Assembly (NCBI GenBank): GCA_951406725.2 | Contig: OX597827.1 | Coordinates: forward strand, 67,208,001-67,272,000 | Direction of reading: 5' to 3' | DNA: 64,000 nt | Source: Octopus vulgaris | Lineage: Eukaryota | Shown: positions 13,645 through 27,140 of the stretch, one piece after another | How positions within the stretch are numbered: position 1 is the stretch's first letter | How the letters are laid out: each line of letters begins with the position of its first letter | Notes under the pieces: generated by a model | Seen by the model: the letters and a program-made list of their open reading frames with translations, nothing else | Told to the model about the DNA's origin: nothing | Databases searched by the model: none | Program-made: the position numbers and the translations under genes

Positions 13645-14742
13645 TCATTCGTCTGATAAAAGAGAAGTCACTGGACTGGTGGAGGAGAAGACTTTTGCCC
13701 AAGATTTTTTTTCTTATTTTTGTATTGAATATCTTGTTGCTACGTTGTAAAAACATACTTCCATGGAAACACTGTTTACCCATATGTACTTCGAAATATC
13801 GGTAAGTACGTATAAATATTTCATGATAAGAAAATCATAAAATCTATTCCATCAGTATCTACATCCATAATGTGTACAGCAATCTCCGAAAAGCATCATA
13901 TGTTCCGAAATTGACACTCATTTGATAGCTTTATTTACCAATTTCATATCATCATTTTAAACGGATTCCTATTAGCAATGATATGTGGAACGTATGAATG
14001 ATTCTCATGTGGGCAACTTAGTTATAGTTGGACAGTGCGTGTCTTAATGTATTTATATGTGAGTTTAAAATCTGTTATTTTTATGCGGTGTGTAAATACC
14101 ATATATCTTGTTGGTTTATGCCATAAAGAAAAACGCTGCTGGTCTCTTCGAGTTCATTATATTTCTCTGTCTATTCCGCTACGTGTATTCTTTATGCAAG
14201 GCAGCAACAATAAAAATTATGTTCGATTTCTTATTCAGTTTGGTCAATGTATTCGTTACCAAGCTATAACTACCGTTTCAACAACACACTGAATTATAAT
14301 CAGACATGCCATTACAATTTTATACTTTCCACACCTCATATCTCGATAAAATATCGAATGTCTTCCATTGTATTTCATTCGCTAATTGTTAATGATGCAC
14401 ATTATTTTCGAAACTAAATCTCAGATTCCGTCATTATCCCTTTAACGACATACGCATAGCATTTAATATTTTACAAGTGAGGAAACAATGGCCTCAAATC
14501 TGCAAGCTGCGATTCTTGTTATTGTAAAGGCTTAACGATACGGTTGTGTTGCTATGACAGTGATAGGGTTGATGACTAACCCAAGATCAACCCTCATTCA
14601 GTAGAGCAAAAGTAGAAACTATTCCGTATGCCAAATCCATTCACCGTACCACAGGTCAAACACAACTCTACGGTAGGTGAGGGGCTTATTTTGTGTAACA
14701 ATGTCTTGCAAAACTTGTTTCGGATTTTTATGCCATTATATC

Positions 14743-14890
14743 TGTTGAGTGGACGCCCCCAGACTATGAAGTAGACTAGCCCCCAATACGTAGATATAGA
14801 GGGAGAAGTCTAGACGTCGTACAAGAGAGAAGAGTAGAGAGTTGTGTAGAGGTCATCCGAACGTGCGACATAACAGTGGTGACGAGGATT
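14743..14890 (+). mobile_element. Possible short LTR remnant plus primer-binding site
   Basis: TGTTG..TAACA (14743-14875) followed by G-TGGTGACGAGGAT, similar to the tRNA-Ser PBS TGGCGACGAGG of Gypsy elements. No second LTR seen. Confidence 0.3.
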
Positions 14891-15283
14891 TCGTAGCTCA
14901 CAGAGCCACTGTGTAGTATTGCAATATAACAATATCAAATCATCTTCGCAGTCAACAGAGATTCCGATGCTTGGTTTACTTCCATTACTTAGCTACTTGA
15001 TGCCCTTCATAAGGGCTCACTTTAGTGAAAAGATTCGGGCCGTGTATCTTCTTTGGCCCCCTAAATTCGCTTTGGTTTATAAGCCGACCTACGTAATTTC
15101 GCCGTATATTTTGGCCCGAAATTTTTTACTTGCATTTCAGCTCAGTGTCTGTCTGTCTCTCTCCCTTTCACTCGCTCACCCTCTCTCTCTCTCTCTACTT
15201 CTCTCTCTCCCTCTCCTTCACTCTGTGTATATATGTGTGTGTGTGTATGCATACATTCATAAATGGACACGCAGATATATATT

Positions 15284-15340
<57 letters not shown>

Positions 15341-16021
15341 TATATTAATTAATAAATTTTAGGGTAGCAAAAAAAAATTCTATAAAAATTCTCTAAAAAT
15401 TCTCCGCTACCAGTGGTCTACCGAGAAGGAAAAAATAGTCAATAGACTATAGTGTATATATATATATATATAAACACGCATGCACACACACACACAAATA
15501 TCATTAGCTTATATTTGGTAAATGCTTTTTGATTCTTTCTTTAGACCATGCTGGAGTACCATCACAGACTCTCATCAACACGATCCTATGACGCCAGTAC
15601 TTATAAAAGTTATGGAAGTTGTCGTATTAGATACCATTCTGTATTTGATCTCATAGCTGTTAATGATGTGAAGGCGATAGTTCCATGTATAGATGGCTAC
15701 GTATCAAATGGTTACTTCTATGAAATATGAACAGGAAATTAAAGTCAATTCCTCAAAGTAAATGTCGGAAACGGCTTTTGAATATGTTTCCCGTTAAAAA
15801 AAAAAAAAAAAACTGAAACCATTGACACTATAACACATTTTCACATTTAGAATACCTGGAAGCGGATTTTTTTTTTCGTATGGAAACATTAAAGAGTTTT
15901 ATCTGTCATCTCTCTATTTATAAACTTTTAATGATCTGTTCTGTACATGATAACCATCGAATAGAAATCTCTGGAGAACTTTGTAATAATTAAACACACC
16001 CAGCGAAAGCAGTTAGATATG

Positions 16022-16237
16022 CTCTCTTTACTCTTTTACTATTTTACTTGCTTCAGTCATTTGACAGTGGCCATGCTGAAGCACCGCCTTTAGTCGAGGA
16101 AATTGACCCCCAGGACTTATTCTTTGTAAACCTAGTACTTATTCTATCGGTCTCTCGTGCCGAACCGCTAAGTTACGGGGTCGTAAACACACCAGCATCG
16201 GTTGTCAAGCGATGTTGGGGAGACAAACACAGACGCA
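16022..16237 (-). mobile_element. SINE family A, right module, reverse
   Basis: CTCTTTACTCTTTTACT..GTTTCAGTCATTTGAC-like tail through GATGTTGGGGAGACAAACAC. Confidence 0.85.
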
Positions 16238-16341
16238 TAGATATACAGAAAGATCCTTTTTCATATCTGATTTCCTACGAAAACTTTCGATACTCTGATG
16301 TAGTACATAATCGTGTAAATGCATGTATGTATGTATGTATG

Positions 16342-16375
<34 letters not shown>

Positions 16376-16630
16376 TGTATGTATGTATGTATGTATGTAT
16401 GTATGTATGTATGTATGTATAAACGCTTTGAGTCACAGAACAGTTGCGTGGACATGATGAGTATGGGAAACGGCCTTACTCAGTCACATGTTGACTTCTT
16501 GAGGTAGGGACCCTCTTTGATAGTGTCCAAAGGTTTCACAATCTCCAGGCGATATCTGATGCTAAGCATTTGGTGACTTGATATATATATATAGAAAAAA
16601 TATATATATATCAAGTCAATTGGTAACTTC

Positions 16631-16692
<62 letters not shown>

Positions 16693-17161
16693 CAGAGAGA
16701 GAGAAAGAAAGAGAGAGAGAACGATAGATTGTACAGACATATTTAGACATACATGTATGTATATGTATACTTATATATATATATATATATATATACGTAG
16801 ATATATATATATATAGTTATAAGTACGTATATACAAATGTGTGTGTGTGTATTTGTGTATGTGTGTGTGTTTATGTGCATGTGTGTGTGTGCCTGTGGGG
16901 TGTGACTGCGAATGAACATCTGATATCTGATACTATCTATAATTTCGACCTCTTTCCTGAGAAATGACATGTGTCCCTCTACGCTGCTCTTCACGTGGCC
17001 CAAATTTCATTTTACTGCGCGTCCCTTAACTTCCTCTGTTATACACACCTCTTTGCCCTAAATGCACACATATATACAAAAACACACGTTGATACACACA
17101 TACACATATATAGATATATAGATAGATATACATGCATATATACACAGTATGAATATATACA

Positions 17162-17216
<55 letters not shown>

Positions 17217-17233
17217 GCTTGTATGTATATACA

Positions 17234-17284
<51 letters not shown>

Positions 17285-17287
17285 TTG

Positions 17288-17324
<37 letters not shown>

Positions 17325-17467
17325 GCTTGTATGTATATACAATCAACACAAATATGCATGCATTTCGTTCACACTCTCCGTCTTTTTTAACGTTCTACGC
17401 TCACGTTATTCTCTATAGAGCCATTTCTCAGTATTTTTTATTCAACTCACCCCCCTCTCTCTCTCTC

Positions 17468-17527
<60 letters not shown>

Positions 17528-17951
17528 ACTCTTTCAGTCATTCTAAACCTCCATTTTCTTTCCACGTTCCGTCTTCTTTTTTTTTCCAAACGCGGTTATT
17601 ACTATCTTCACTCTCTTCTGTAACCAATTACCACCAGCAAAACAGCCTCCCGGCGCTTTGCGCTGGTTAATTCTGGAGAGAGAACGATGTTTATTTATAT
17701 GAATTTTTCACTTTCCTTTTATATATATATAGATAGATACATACATGTATATTTTTTTGATATGCCTCCCGGATTTAATAGCATAACAAAGCATCATTGA
17801 TATATATTCGTTGGCAGTGTGACAGCCTATACTGATTTCTTGATTTCATACACATAGAATACATACCCTATACACTCACACATAAATAAATACATATATT
17901 TACACATATACATACTCACACACACATATATGTATATACTATATGCATATC

Positions 17952-18010
<59 letters not shown>

Positions 18011-18421
18011 TATCATATTTTTGTCTCAAAATATATCGACGCGCTCGTGAAATTGAATAAATTCTTTTGTTTTTCTATAGAATATTATTTTGGGTATCAT
18101 CGACCAGCGTTCCTTCCGGAATATATATATAATTTTCTTTGATTTTTGCTTTTGTCATATTTGTATGGATATTTAGCATATTAATTAAGCTTAACAACAT
18201 GCTTCTGGCTATTTCTGGATGATTCTCACGAACTACGGGAACAAGATACGTCGATACACACACACACACTTCAACACATACGACATTCAAACACAGGGAT
18301 ATGTATACGTATATATGTATATATATATATATATATGTACATTTTATATATGTTGGTATATTTTTATCACTGCATGTCTATGAATATATATATATATATA
18401 TGAAAATTAACATATATTTAC

Positions 18422-18483
<62 letters not shown>

Positions 18484-18498
18484 GCATGTACGTATATA

Positions 18499-18546
<48 letters not shown>

Positions 18547-18628
18547 CATACACATATACGTACACATCTATGTCTAAATATATCTATACAATATCTCTTT
18601 CTCTCTGTGTCTCTGTCACTCTTTCGTT

Positions 18629-18701
<73 letters not shown>

Positions 18702-19354
18702 AAGTTACCAACCGCTTTGTCTAGAGATCCTACTTTGCGTCAGCTATCGCCTGGAGATTGTGAAGTCTTCGGACACACTATCAAACACAATCCCTACCTC
18801 AAAAAGCATCACCATTAAGAATCCCCGATATCTTTTCAACCACATAATTGTATGAAAAATTTGTTTTCTACACTTACAAAAGCAATAACTAACGCAATGC
18901 AGGGGCATAGAGCTGTTTTATTTTACAGCTTACTGAATATATATATATATATATACACAGTAAGACATCACTTTACGAGGATCTGCTTCACAAGGCCATG
19001 GGTTTACGACTTTTCTTTTTCAAGCATTCGATCCAGTTGCAGAACGAAGTGCAAAAATTTCTAATACCATAACAAATGCTTCTACGTGTTTCAGAGAAAT
19101 TTATTGGGAGCGAAAAAAAAAAGGCTTCTTCTAAGGAAACTACTGTAGACATATTCTTTGCAAATTAATGAATTCTGCAAATCCGTCTACGAGTGCTTGT
19201 GAATCGGCTATCGCATCTACAAGTGAGGGTGTGCACGAGTCTATTACGAATGAAGGGGATTCAGAAAACGATAATAATAATAATAAATATTATAATAACA
19301 ATGATAATGATAATTATAAATATAATAATAATAATAATAACGATAATAATAATA

Positions 19355-19624
19355 ATTGATGTATCAATACCGGCAGATGACAACGTGTCTCTAAAAGAAA
19401 TGGAGAAACTCTCAAAATACAAAGACCTGGAAATAGAGATAACTAGAATGTGGAACCTGAAAACAGAAACAATTCCTATCATAGTAGGTGCATTAGGCAT
19501 GATAAAAAAATATTCAGACAAATACATAACAAAAACACCAGGACTTACAAACACATATAACATACAGAAAATTGCACTACTAGGCACTGCACACATCCTA
19601 CGCAGAACACTTTCCATACAATAA
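19355..19624 (+). pseudogene. RLE domain C-terminal fragment (R4/Dong)
   Basis: IDVSIPADDNVSLKEMEKLSKYKDLEIEITRMW..IPIIVGALG..IQKIALLGTAHILRRTL*, with the D..P..K..KY..L signature. Confidence 0.85.
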
Positions 19625-19718
19625 CCATCAGAGCATCACTACAAATCACAGCACATACCCAAGGCACACAGAGCTGCGCTCGGTAGTGAAGTGAAAGCAC
19701 GCTATAAAAATAAAACTA

Positions 19719-19721
<3 letters not shown>
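19355..19721 (+). mobile_element. 5'-truncated R4/Dong-clade non-LTR retrotransposon in (AAT)n
   Basis: Restriction-like endonuclease C-terminus followed by a ~100-bp 3' UTR. (AAT)n lies on both sides. Dong elements are known to target TAA repeats. Confidence 0.85.
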
Positions 19722-19784
<63 letters not shown>

Positions 19785-20007
19785 TCTTATCATAAGTGAC
19801 ATTGACATTCTTTTTATTTTCCATAAAATATTCTTTACATTCTTTTATTTTATTTTTTTTGCATTTATTTACGAATATTATAAATTTTATAGGTAAATTT
19901 ACAATGACGATTTATAACATTGCTACTATGGAAAATGATTTCTCTGCATTACGAGTTTTCGTTTTACGAGCCGTTTCCAGGAACAAATAAACTCGTATAT
20001 CGAGGAG

Positions 20008-20205
20008 TTACTGCATTCTTCTTCTTCTTCTTCTTCTTCTTCTTCTTCTTCTTCTTCTTCTTCTTCTTCTTCTTCTTCTTCTTCTTCTTCTTCTTCTCCA
20101 TCCTCTTCTTCTTTTTCTTCTTCTTCTTCGTCTTCTTTTTCTTCTTCTTCTTCTTCTTCTTCTTCTTCTTCTTCTTCTTCTTCTTCTTCTTCTTCTTCTT
20201 CCTCT
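20008..20205. repeat. (TTC)n microsatellite
   Basis: Direct inspection. Confidence 0.95.
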
Positions 20206-20621
20206 CCTTCTACAATTTCTCTCAGTGGCCATCCTCAACCACAGCCTTCTACCGCTGACAACGATATTTCTTCTTTCTCCCCATCTTGTGCCACTGCTTG
20301 AACGTCATACAAATACCGCTATTACCAAAACGTGTGCCTGCGCCCAAACCTGATCTATTCCTTTTATTCTCTTTCTGCAACCTCCACTGAGCCAAAATTC
20401 ATGTAAAATTCAAACTAATCTAAACCTAAAACCATTCACAATCGACTCCATTCTTTACGCGCGAGGCTATTCACATAGCGTGACTGCGATTTCACTTATC
20501 AACCGAGGACAAGACAACTGGTATTCATATTAGCTTTTCTCTGGTGGAAATCACTCGACACTGGTGATATTCCCGATTAATTCCTTTCCTAGTCGAATGT
20601 CACAATTTCGAGAAAGGGGAT

Positions 20622-20781
20622 AGGCGTAGGAGTGGTTGTAAGTAGCTTAATACGAACCACATGGTTCCGGGTTCTGTCCCATTGCGTGGCAACTTGGGCA
20701 AGTGTCTTCTACTATAGCCTCGGGCTGACTAAAACCTTGTGAGTGCATTTGGTAATTGGAAACTGAAAGAAGCCCGTCGTA

Positions 20782-20860
<79 letters not shown>

Positions 20861-21067
20861 ATATGTTTGTATGTCGGTGTTGTCCCCTCCAACATCGCTT
20901 GACAACCGATGCTGGTGTGTTTATGTCCCCGTAAATTAGCGGTTCGGCAAAAGAGACCGATAGAATAAGTACTAGGCTTACAAAGAATAAGACCTGGGGT
21001 CGATTTGCTTGACTAAAGGCGGTGCTCCAGCATGATCACAGTCAAATAACTGAAACGAGTAAAAGAG
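20622..21067 (+). mobile_element. SINE family A, near full length
   Basis: Head, internal (TA)n, and right module ending GAGTAAAAGAG. Confidence 0.9.
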
Positions 21068-21189
21068 GTAGCGAATTAGCGACCTACGTCCTTTGCTGCC
21101 TGACTGCACTTCTGGAAATCGAAAAGTGTAGACATTACTGAGTTTAAAAAAAAATTTAAATGACGTATTGATGTACTGGCAACAAAACG

Positions 21190-21666
21190 GAAAATATCAA
21201 CGACCTAATCTCACTTAAATCTCATATCATCAAAGTATTTGAGTGTTCTCGAATAACTTACTTTCTGGAAAGTAACAGCCTGATTATTCCCAAACAGCAA
21301 GGTGTCCACAATGCCAGGGACTGCCTAACACTCCACCTGCATCATTTTGCAGACCCTGAGAAGAAGGCTCTAACGCAGATGCCATAGACCTTGTCATCAG
21401 CAAAGCATTAGACAAGGTGAACCACAGCATCCTATTAATGAAACTATCAAACATTAGTGTACGAGGTAAACTACTAAAGTGAATAGAACGCTATCTGCTA
21501 AGCGAAACCCAACCTGTAATGATTGATATTGTACGAGCATGCTCAGCAAGTCACCTTCAGAACATGACAAGGCGCTATACTGGGATCCAACCTTTTCTAT
21601 GGTTTATTAAAGACATGTTTGATACAAACTCAACAGCGTTACAATGTTTGCGGATGATTCTAAGCT
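21190..21666 (+). pseudogene. Decayed CR1/L2-group reverse transcriptase fragment
   Basis: Frameshifted motifs ISLKSHIIKVFE, ADAIDLVISKALDKVNHSILLMKL..RGKLLK*IERYL, QGAILG and MFADDSK. Confidence 0.8.
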
Positions 21667-21681
21667 TATGTATATGTGTAT

Positions 21682-21730
<49 letters not shown>

Positions 21731-21776
21731 CACGCCTCTGTGCGTTTATGCATATATATTATACCAATGTGTCTAT

Positions 21777-21807
<31 letters not shown>

Positions 21808-21831
21808 TATGCATATTTAAAATATATAAAT

Positions 21832-21951
<120 letters not shown>

Positions 21952-21979
21952 CAAGAGAGAAATCGAAAGAGATAAATAC

Positions 21980-22041
<62 letters not shown>

Positions 22042-22655
22042 GGATGGACAGATAGATAGGTATTTCATTCATACTTAATATATACACTTATTCAAATAAG
22101 TATATTCTGCGGTATACTTGTCTGAACTTAGAGATACAAAATTACTTTCGCAATAATAGCCCAGTAAACAAAACAATGGTACAATATGACATGCGACCTC
22201 GAAGCAACATATCACAAGGATATGACAACGCTTCAGACAAAATGGCTACCACGATACTCTTATGACAATATAAAACTTAATATATTGTGTAATTGTTCAT
22301 ACAAATCACCACACATGTGCAAAATTGCTGTTTATGTACTATCGAAATTTGTGTGTTTATGTGAGTGTCTGTGTTTCAGTGCGTGGGTATGTGTGTGCGT
22401 GTGTACGTTAGTGTGCGTATGTATGTGAGAAAATGTGTGTGTGTATGTGCGTTTGTGTGTGAGCGTGTGTATGTGTATGTGTGTGCTTATGTATGTGTGT
22501 GTACATAAACTGGCTTACACTCAGCTTAATGCGTGTGAGAATGTGTATATGTGTGTGATGTTTGATGATTTCTCTGCGATCGTACCCTTTCAAATGAACA
22601 TTAGTTAGGAAATTTCGTCTACGTGTGCATGTATGTGTGTGTGTATGTATGTATG

Positions 22656-22689
<34 letters not shown>

Positions 22690-23235
22690 TGCATGTGTCT
22701 ATGCATGTATCTATGCATGTATGTATGTATGTATGTAGGTATATGCATTCATGTATGTTTGTATGCATGCATGCAAGTATTTATGTAGGTGGTTGTATAG
22801 GTATGAATGTATCTATGCATGTATGCAGGTATGTATTGTTGTAAGTGTATGTATACACATATATATATGTGGATGTGTGTCTGTAAACATATGTGTGTGT
22901 ATGTGTGTGTGCGTGTGAGTGTATATATATAATATTTATAGTAGAAAGAAAGAAATAAGCAACCATTAGGTTAAGAGCAATTTAAACATCACCAATTCAA
23001 AACAGCGTTTCAGAGCATTTTAAACATAATTGCTGAGTTGTTACAATACAATTGGTAGCATATTGCGTATCATAGAGATAAGGTCATATAAAGGTATGTA
23101 AACAGTACTTAACAGCTGTTTCAAGATTAGGTAGGTTCACATATCGTGCATTTCTATGAAAAGAAAATAAGCCATCCATATTGAAACATAATACATATAA
23201 ATGTTTATATTCACGAATCCATGTACACACACACA

Positions 23236-23311
<76 letters not shown>

Positions 23312-23317
<6 letters not shown>

Positions 23318-23518
23318 ATCCAAACATGAAAACACAAAGAGAAAACACAACAACGCGAGGACGTGGAACAAATAAAGTATTATTGAACGCTCAGGAAGGA
23401 AGGGAAGAAGGTGGGTTTAACGTTTCGAGCGGAGCTCTTCGTCAGAAACATAGGAAATGGAAAGATCCAGAGAAGGCAAGACGGAGAAAAAAATCGACAA
23501 CGGTACACTCGCGTTCAC
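23312..23518 (-). mobile_element. Short non-coding hammerhead-bearing element (Penelope/retrozyme-like) between (TA)n and (CA)n
   Basis: Unique ~200-bp insert in a microsatellite, homologous to 56831-57030. Confidence 0.6.
23415..23449 (-). ncRNA. Minimal type I hammerhead ribozyme motif
   Basis: GTTT-CTGACGA-A-GAGC(TCC)GCTC-GAAAC-GTT-AAAC. Canonical core, perfect stems I and II, palindromic AACGTT. Confidence 0.8.
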
Positions 23519-23533
23519 ACACACACACACATG

Positions 23534-23594
<61 letters not shown>

Positions 23595-23807
23595 TTATAT
23601 GGATTGTGAATATAATTACTTCTGCGTTTATGTGAACGAGTCTGCATAAATGTGTGCATGTTTTATGTTTGCTAACATATTTCACTCTGATCTTTCAATT
23701 ATTTGGTATTGTTCTTTTGTATGCTTTGTAAATGGTACCTTGGTCTTCTGAGGAGAAATAGATGGAATCTAGACAATTCAAGACGCAGGTGTGGTCTTTA
23801 TTGTTAT

Positions 23808-23851
<44 letters not shown>

Positions 23852-25349
23852 ACACACCCACATATACACATCTATGTATGTGTATGCAAATATCGTTACT
23901 AAACAAAAAGAAGTAGTCATGAGTATAAAAATGAGAACAGAAAAATGCACCGAGACTGTACAAAGTATTTTATAATACATGAACACATATCATTATGGGA
24001 GCTTAAAGGAAAAACAAAAAAAATTGAATTATTTGGTCACCTTGACACGTGTTTCATTTGTAATGGGTGTCACAAAATTGTAAATATAGGAAAAACATGT
24101 ACGAAATGTTCTATAAGAAATTATTCGGAGAGAGTATGAAAGAAAATTTGATTCTCTGCTGCAATAATTTCTAATAGCAGACATCGTACTTTTTTTCCCG
24201 TCTACAATTTTGCTACTCTTATTAGCAAATGTAATGGTGAATAAGTAGTACCCGTTCTTTTTCCAGTTCTCTGTTTTGAAACGTAACTACTCTGAGAGAA
24301 CTATTTTCCATTGTTTTTCAACTCTTACGAACATCTCAAATAAATATTACAACCACATATAATTTTGGACAACTGGAATAATCAGATATGGTTCAGGAGG
24401 ACACAGCTCCGATTACTACCCTATCCACATACATACACACAGAGAAATAAAAACAAAACCGCGCGTACACTTAACCGGTTTCATTGCTTATTGTCAAAAG
24501 TGTATATTACTAATTATGATCATTGTGGCAATTAACTCAAAACCACTCTCTCTTATTTCTGTTAAATAGGAATAGCTGAGGCACTCTGAACTGTAATTAG
24601 ATTATGATATTAAGCACTTTATTAAAGTCAGGGTAAAAGATGTCTCAAATATGTATCCTCACCCAATCACCCCATGCGTTAAATGATAGATACGTGAGTC
24701 ACATTTTCTCTATAACACAACGATCTTTAGCGCACAGCTCAGAAAACATCCGCTTTCAGATTCAGATCCACATAAATTACAGCTTTGAAAATCAAATTAT
24801 TTAAAATTGAAATACATCTTTAGTTATTCCATGTGAATCCTTTTTTTTCATTTATTTCTTCTGTTTCTATTCTACTATTTTGGCGGGGATAGAAACTATA
24901 TAAATACATATGTAGACAGTGTACATGTCTAATGAAGCACGATAATAATTTAGATGGCATAGACATTATTATTTAAAGACCACTAGACTGATGCATTTGT
25001 ATGCAATATATATATATATAGTAAATCTCTGAGCGAGTTATAAACAGTAGCTGCAAACATAGTAAAGTGTATTTGCCACTGGTTTCCACTTTTACGAGAT
25101 CATTGACTTTTTGTCACTGGAAAAGTATAAATATTTGCATTGAGAATCACTTCCCATCGCCTCGGGTCCGTGGGTATCACGTCAGGTTGGAGATGTGAAC
25201 GATGACTATACATACATACATACATACATACATACATACATACATACATACATACATACATACATACATACATACATACATACATACATACATACATACA
25301 TACATACATACATACATACATACAGATAGATAGATAGATACATAGATAA

Positions 25350-25439
<90 letters not shown>

Positions 25440-26088
25440 GGATAGATAGAAAGACAGAAAGGCAGACAGAGACAGATATAGTATGCATATATATAAGTCA
25501 TACTGTATCTGTGTACATGCATGTGTATATGCCTATGCGTGAAAATCTTCATGTTAGTCGTAAATTCTATTATTTTTCCGAATAAAAAAATAATATTCAA
25601 CGCATTTCTAAATATTCTAAGTAATGATGACCAAGAGAGTGGCATGAGTATTACCACTTCCCATTCTACAGTTGAGAATTAACACCAAATTCAAAGTAAT
25701 ACATTCAATATAGGAAGAGAAATTGTCAAAGCATTGATGCATTCTAACGACTGGACGGTGTATATCATCGCTTAATCTAATCTACTGAATTCTGCCTCAA
25801 ATAATGGTTATTGGACTATTATAGTGTTCAGTGGAAATTGACACGCACTTTACTCTAATAACTCGAGACGATGGTAAACACAGCACATTAGCTAGTCACG
25901 TTAGTATCTCTTTACAATATTTCACTGATATGTATTTATATATATATATATATACATATAAATACATATATATATACATGTATACATATATATATATACA
26001 CATATATATATATATATATATATACATATATATATGCATATATACATATATACATATATATATATGCATATATATATATATATATATA

Positions 26089-26147
<59 letters not shown>

Positions 26148-26195
26148 ATGTGTGACGCTGTGTTTGTGTATATATATATATATATATATAATACC

Positions 26196-26358
26196 CGGCG
26201 TGGCTGTATGGCAAGTAACACACTTCCCAATCACATGATTCCGGGTTCATTCTTTCTGCATGGCACCTTGGTCTAGTGTCTTCTAATATAACCTCGAATC
26301 AACCAAAGACATATGACTGGATATGGTAGACGGAAGCTGAAAGAAGCCCGTCGTATAT
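26196..26358 (+). mobile_element. SINE family A, left module, diverged
   Basis: GGCGTGGCTGTATGG..GAAAGAAGCCCGTCGTATA. Confidence 0.75.
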
Positions 26359-26987
26359 ACGTCTCCACAAGGGGAGCCAACCGAACAGAACGATAAGCTT
26401 GTCGACCGAAAAAAATGTCACCAGTAAACGTACTAACAGTCATCCGCTTGCGGGAAAAAAATTATAAATACATCTGAGCGCAAAACTTACCACTACAAGC
26501 GAAAGCGTCTACGGGAAGAGGATCAGAGAAACTGTAAACCTAATTCCTTTTTTTTTTTTACTATTTTTATTTCTCTTTTTGTTTTTTCCCTCTTAACTCA
26601 GTATGACTTGTCGACCACCACTAACATTAATGAACCATGTATATTCAAAGAAATTGATATACAGTTTTGAATTTTATTGACTGCTACGAACAATCAAACT
26701 TACATCTGTCCTCCTAATTGATAATGCTAAATGTATCTGCTTTGAAGATGTCAATTTGTCAACATTAAAGCATTTTAATTTCTCAACATTGAAACAATTA
26801 AAGATGTCTTTCTAATTCATAACTTTAAAGTTTTGCCATTGATAAGCAAAAAATATTGTTGGAAATAGTTTGGTGTATATGTAAATAAATGTATTTTAAA
26901 CAATTACAAGCTTTCGAAAATTAGGTGCATTTTCAACAACACACATTTCCCTATAATTTTTTCTATGTGGAAGCACACCCCTCTTTT

Positions 26988-27066
<79 letters not shown>

Positions 27067-27069
27067 TTT

Positions 27070-27140
27070 AACGGGAAGGTTTACGAAAATAAACAAAAGA
27101 CGAAGGCAGGTGGAGTACAAACAAACAAATGTATTAGTAT
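27070..27140 (-). mobile_element. Truncated copy of the 56831 element (no ribozyme part)
   Basis: AACGGGAAGGTTTACGAAAATAAACAAAAGACGAAGGCAGGTGGAGTACAAACAAACAAATGTATTAGTAT is identical at 56833-56903. Flanked by (TA)n. Confidence 0.85.
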
